NCBI GenBank assembly: GCA_017654855.1
Contig: CM030333.1
Location: forward strand, 1,860,001 to 1,924,000
DNA length: 64,000 nt
Reading direction: 5' to 3'
Source: Podospora anserina
Lineage: Eukaryota
The number at the start of each line of letters is the position of its first letter. Within the stretch, counting starts at the first letter, position 1. Below, piece by piece: positions 59,285 to 64,000 of the stretch. The notes under the pieces were generated by a model, which worked only from the letters and a program-made list of their open reading frames with translations, ran no database searches and had not been told where the DNA came from. Both the position numbers and the translations under genes were made by a program.

Positions 59285-60013
59285 TTACACCAGAAAAGTG
59301 GGTATCTCTGGTCCGAAGTAAACCATCTGAGGTCCATTGGCAGCGCGAGCTTCATCAAAGGATGAAAAGGTCCTGTGTTTGATTGGTGTTGAGGTTGTAG
59401 GTAGACCCACGAGCCCTGGGTCTGTTGCGTCATCAGACCACAGGGGAGCTATCAGAGCCACAACGAATGAGCGGTGAAAGATGTATGGATGGGACGAATT
59501 TTGATGCTTGATGATGTCCTTCTTCAATCTTCTCAGGACCTTGAGGCTAGAACCCGTAGCAGAGTCAGCGGAGAGTTCACAGTGAGAAACGCACAATATT
59601 TCCCCAGTCATGTGCAGAACCAGCCAAGTTTGCCATATTGCAGATAAATCCCCGGCAGGCTGTTCCTCTTTGCGCTTCCGATTGGCCCCAAGTCTGCGCA
59701 AATGGTCACCTGCCATCCTGATATCACCCAATATTCGGCGTAAACCTGGCTGGCCGACCGGCATGCCATCGGAGGGGCACCAAGCGTGCTGCTCTCGAAC
59801 TCCGATATCGTTCCGCTTCAGCGCTTTAGCCATCAGAGAACCTCTTCGATGTTCCGTATCTTCAAGGGCGTATCACTGGGTTCGACAGACCGCCAGTTGC
59901 GTGAGCGATGACATTACACCAATGCCTCGCCAAACTGTCTCGATCAATCCAGGCCACCCTTCCAGAACTCCAGTCCAAGGCTCCTGTGCAGCAAATGAAT
60001 AGTCATGACTCAT
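59285..60013 (-). pseudogene. Unknown ORF of about 240 codons interrupted by one in-frame TGA (59873-59875)
   Basis: ORF-track pieces 59873-60109 and 59285-59833 are in the same frame, separated by TGA plus 13 sense codons. Confidence 0.3.
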
Positions 60014-60340
60014 GGGAGGTGCCAAAAATGCAAGGTAAATAGAATCTGTATGTCTTGTTCCTAAACGGGTCAAATAATCCGACCACCAAACCGTCACCCT
60101 CCATCTCACTCAACTCCCTCAAACGCCAAACCCAGCCAGGTATCATATGCAAAAAGACCACGACACCGCTATTATATAGTTGCGATGCGTTCCCACGTTG
60201 CTGCCACAGCCATAAAACCCCAAAACGCAGTCATCTTCTGACTCCGTGATTGCGCCTTTGTATATCGACCACAGCCAAGATAGAGGGGTGAAAAACACGG
60301 TTGAAAGGGGTATCTCATCAAAGTCGGAAACCATGCAGAG

Positions 60341-61722
60341 CTATGAAACAATAGAAAGAAGTCGGTTGTAGAGCCTCAAAACGAGGTTGATCAGTAGAGC
60401 GACAATGCCGACCACGGCATAAATCTGGAGGAACTCAAACTTGTAACGAGTGCGAACCTCGGTCTCGAGAAAGCCTTCCTGGTTCTTGTTGGCAGCGGTG
60501 GGCGGGCTCGCAGGGAAACGACCAGTAGAGATGTACTGCTCCATCAGAGCATCCTTCTCATACCACCGCTCCCGGAGCCACACATCGAACTGTTCGGCGC
60601 TGTCCAGGGGAATATCCGCAATACGGAATCGACGCCAGTAGAGGTTGACTGACTTTGGAGGTTGGCCGCGGAAGTAGGTACCTGAGAGAGTAAAAAGCTG
60701 CTCGCCGAACTTCCCACGACTATGACAAAGTGACCTGTCAGAGACACATCACACTCTCCACATAAGGGCAATGGAAACTTACGGTACACCTTCGTATGCC
60801 ACAGTGCAATCGTATACATACTCCACAGTGCCCTTAAGTTCGTTCAGGCAAAAGAAACTACCAGTGCTTCTCGGGAGAAGCATGTGCTCCGGGTCCTTGA
60901 CTCCAATCTTCTCGGCCCACCTCGCAGACTTGTTTCGTCCATTTTGCGATGCGTTTGTGCCTTCGGGGAAGAGCAGGAGCCACATTGGGTTTAGGTATTT
61001 CGTGCCATCGGGGGTCGTGTTGTATGTTTTGAGCTTGCCGAGACGGTGGGCCAGGCGTGGCTGGTCAACAGCCATCTTCCGGGACATAAAGATGAAGCCA
61101 TAGAAAACCATGCCAAGTCCTGCGATAGGAATGTATTTGAGTGATTCCTTCAAGATGATGTAGACATAGCCATGCATCTGAGGGCTATTGGCGTACCCGA
61201 TCCACCACAGATATAGCCAGTCAGTGTAGATCTGTGCGTTGCGGTTAGTCAGTCTGGCAACAGCGCAACAGGAAAAGACACTCTACCTGATGGTTGGCAA
61301 TCATCACCATGCGCTCTGGAAACGAAAACTCAACCCTACCATCCTTCGTTTTCTTGATCTGATCTGCCACCGAGGCATCCCCACTTATGCGTATCGTGGT
61401 GGGGCCCCACCAGTTTGTGGAAGTTGTGATCAGCAGCCCAAAAGACTGTTTCGTCAAAGCCATATAGGAGTAGTAGATATCATGGTCGACGTAGTACAGC
61501 GGCGAGCCGATCAGTTGTGCAAGATGGATACTGCAAAGACCTTAGTTAACGACGAGCTGGAAGAAGGAGATGAAGTGACGAGACCTACGCAATACAGCCA
61601 GCCATAAAATAGACGAAGAATGAGAAGCCTCTCAAGAACTGGACCAATTTCCCGTGCTTTTCCTTTCCAGACGGATGGGCTGGAGCAACGGCCGAGGCCG
61701 CCGCTTTGGTATTAACCGTCAT
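60341..61722 (-). CDS. Phospholipid/glycerol acyltransferase (LCLAT1/Cst26-like; 4 exons)
   Basis: NHQ|IYTDW (HX4D) motif, ILKESLKYIP, LLLFPEGT, LLPRSTG, YDCTVAY and WLRERWYEKD. Confidence 0.92.
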
Positions 61723-62755
61723 TGCTAGGTCCCGCGACGGCGGGCGAGTTACAACAATGTGTTGGACTTGTCGGCGGGTGCGGAGTGCGGAGAGGAGCTG
61801 GAATACGCTGAGATGGCAGTTTTCTCGAAGCTATTTTATGGGTGAGGCTTGTGCGAGGCAGCAACAGGTGCGAAGGTTTACGATCGTGGGAGGGTAATCG
61901 TAAAGGCAAGGTTGACGGCAAGGCGGGCAGTTGATAAGCGATACGAGGGAGCTGATGCGGGAGACGGTTAGGTCAGGCTGGCGAGCTGTCGAAGCCACCG
62001 TTGTTGTTGGGCTAATAAGGTGGTTAGTCGTAGCTCATGAGGCGCGGCCGGATGCAGTGCGTGCGGCGTGAAGGTTTCCCGAGACTCCGACCCCAACTGG
62101 CTGACATGGAAGTCTACCTGTCAAACAGCTTTTCGCACAGTTGGGCTTGAAGACATCGTCAAAGGGCCGAGGTGTTGAGATCGGAGCACACGGGATTCCC
62201 CGTCCTTGATGAAACATTGCAACTCCATTCAGGGTGCCTATCCGAGGCTGCCGTAGGTGTCGTCATGTGTGCACATGCGCATCCCACCTCGTTTGTGGCT
62301 CTGAATTCCGTCCAGGCTCCAACAGCTTGGATGCAGTCGCCCCGCCAGCCCACAACCAGCAACTTACACTAGGCGAGCTGGGCACCTGCCTGTGGGTGGA
62401 AGATCAGTAAATGCCGGCTCCGACCCGAGGAGACAGAAGCTTGGTTGGAGCTAGGACCAACGGCCAAGCCGCCAGCGGGGCCACCGGCAATTCTGACGTT
62501 TTCCATTGGTTGAAGACAGTGTGGTCCCGTAGTATCCTTATCGATACGGATAACGATGTCATCTCCCAGTCCAAGTGCTCCCCAAAGAACCGAAGTTCTT
62601 CATGGACCCTGAGTGCATGAACGAGTGCTCAAAGCCGCCGACATACACCCACTAGCTTTGGCCATTCCCTCTGTCGACTGTAAACTCGTCTTCGGGTAAC
62701 AAGATTTCCCAAAGCCACAGCGCAGCTGGTTAGTCGGCCAGTCGAACATGTCACC

Positions 62756-64000
62756 ATGTCGAGGTTGTGTTGCCCTGCTCAAGCCTTCGCCTTGCTGAAC
62801 ACAACCAGCAAGGTGACCAATATCACCCGATGCAGACTTAAACTTGCAGCCCAACCATGGCGGGACTTTTCCGTCTCAACAAACCGGAGGCAGATTCTTG
62901 ACGTCTCAACCTTGAGTAATCGCATTGTCCCTCACTACCAGCAAACGAAGACGGCGTCGCTCCTCGCCTTGCACTGGCCGGAGCCACCACGCAACATCCT
63001 TCTCATGCCCAAGTTGCACGCTCCTCACGTTACCGTCTCGGCCGTCGAATTCGCAAAGCACATCCACAACAATTACCCTGGGCTCAACCTCGTCTTTGAG
63101 AGCCATGTTGCTCACACCATACACAAAGACTTGCCATTCCCCATATATTCGGCCGCTCCTGCTGATGCTACAGCACTGTATGCCGACAAAATCGACCTGG
63201 TTACCACTATGGGTGGTGACGGCACCATCCTACGCGCCGCAAGTCTCTTTTCAAGCCACTTCAGTGTGCCACCAATCCTGGCTTTCAGTATGGGCACCCT
63301 TGGGTTTCTCGGCGAGTGGAAGTTTGACGAATACAAACGAGCTTTTCGAGAATGCTATATGAGCGGTTGCAGCGTCTCAACCGAGGATCTTGGGGATCCT
63401 CATACCCGAACAGCTACCACCAGGGCCATCGATGGTCTGCCAGACCCCGAGGGCTGGGATAGTGTACGGGGGAATGGAAAATGCATGGGCTTGAACCGTA
63501 CCTCCAAGATCCTCCTCCGAAACCGACTACGAGTCGGCATCTACGACAGCGAAGGCCGCAATATCAACGAACACATACTACCTACATCCACAGCTGAACC
63601 ATCCTTGGGTCTCGAGGGCGAACCAGTGTTTACTGCGCAGTCTTCCACGGCTGGTGCAGCAGGAGGTAGGGGCGGCAACTCACCATATTTGCACGCTATC
63701 AACGAAGTCTCGATCGATCGTGGATCGCATCCTCATCTCGCCATCATTGATATATTTGTCAACGGCCATTTCCTTACCGAAGCTGTAGCAGACGGTATCC
63801 TTATTAGCACCCCTACAGGATCGACAGCATACTCTCTCTCGGCCGGCGGCTCGATTGTTCATCCCCTTGTGAAATCCCTTCTTATCACACCTATTAGCCC
63901 GCGAAGCTTGAGTTTCCGCCCTTTGGTCTTGCCACTGCATACCAAAGTGGTGTTGAGACTCAGCAAGCGGAACCGAGGCAGAGAGTTGCCGGTCTCGATC
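62756..64000 (+). CDS. POS5: Mitochondrial NADH kinase Pos5-like (3' end beyond window)
   Basis: Arg/Ser-rich presequence MSRLCCPAQAFALL...RDFSVS, then GGDGTILRAA, NEVSIDRG and ADGILISTPTGSTAYSLSAGGSIVHP. Confidence 0.92.
   Translation, partial: MSRLCCPAQAFALLNTTSKVTNITRCRLKLAAQPWRDFSVSTNRRQILDVSTLSNRIVPHYQQTKTASLLALHWPEPPRNILLMPKLHAPHVTVSAVEFAKHIHNNYPGLNLVFESHVAHTIHKDLPFPIYSAAPADATALYADKIDLVTTMGGDGTILRAASLFSSHFSVPPILAFSMGTLGFLGEWKFDEYKRAFRECYMSGCSVSTEDLGDPHTRTATTRAIDGLPDPEGWDSVRGNGKCMGLNRTSKILLRNRLRVGIYDSEGRNINEHILPTSTAEPSLGLEGEPVFTAQSSTAGAAGGRGGNSPYLHAINEVSIDRGSHPHLAIIDIFVNGHFLTEAVADGILISTPTGSTAYSLSAGGSIVHPLVKSLLITPISPRSLSFRPLVLPLHTKVVLRLSKRNRGRELPVSI

Overview
Eukaryotic DNA from a filamentous ascomycete. 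Short GT-AG introns with CTAAC/CTGAC branch sites and a RIP-like AT-rich relic point to a Sordariomycete; a Podospora-like Sordariales species is my inference only. I can support about 22 protein-coding genes. Left part: CFEM GPI protein, FHIP/RAI16-like, class-3 lipase, ARMT1/DUF89 phosphatase, a small unknown protein and Sec72. Right part, after a solo-LTR-like element at about 25.4-25.9 kb: two Zn-cluster regulators, TauD-like dioxygenase, double-GFA protein, Ytp1, M20 amidohydrolase, Old Yellow Enzyme, AA7 oxidase, GH10 xylanase, LaeA-like methyltransferase, DHA1 MFS, acyltransferase and Pos5 kinase (cut off by the window end). The most striking structure is at 10.4-20.1 kb: four highly diverged paralogous genes for small, non-secreted Cys/His-rich proteins. 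All four start Met-Cys and share one metal-ligand-like scaffold (C-x4-C-x8/9-W-x-CC-x-C-x3/4-N-x4-C...C-x-H-x-[CP]-C-x2-C). They also have unusual leader and splice architecture. I cannot assign them to a characterised family. No rRNA, tRNA or CRISPR array was found. Exon boundaries were read by eye and no database searches were run.
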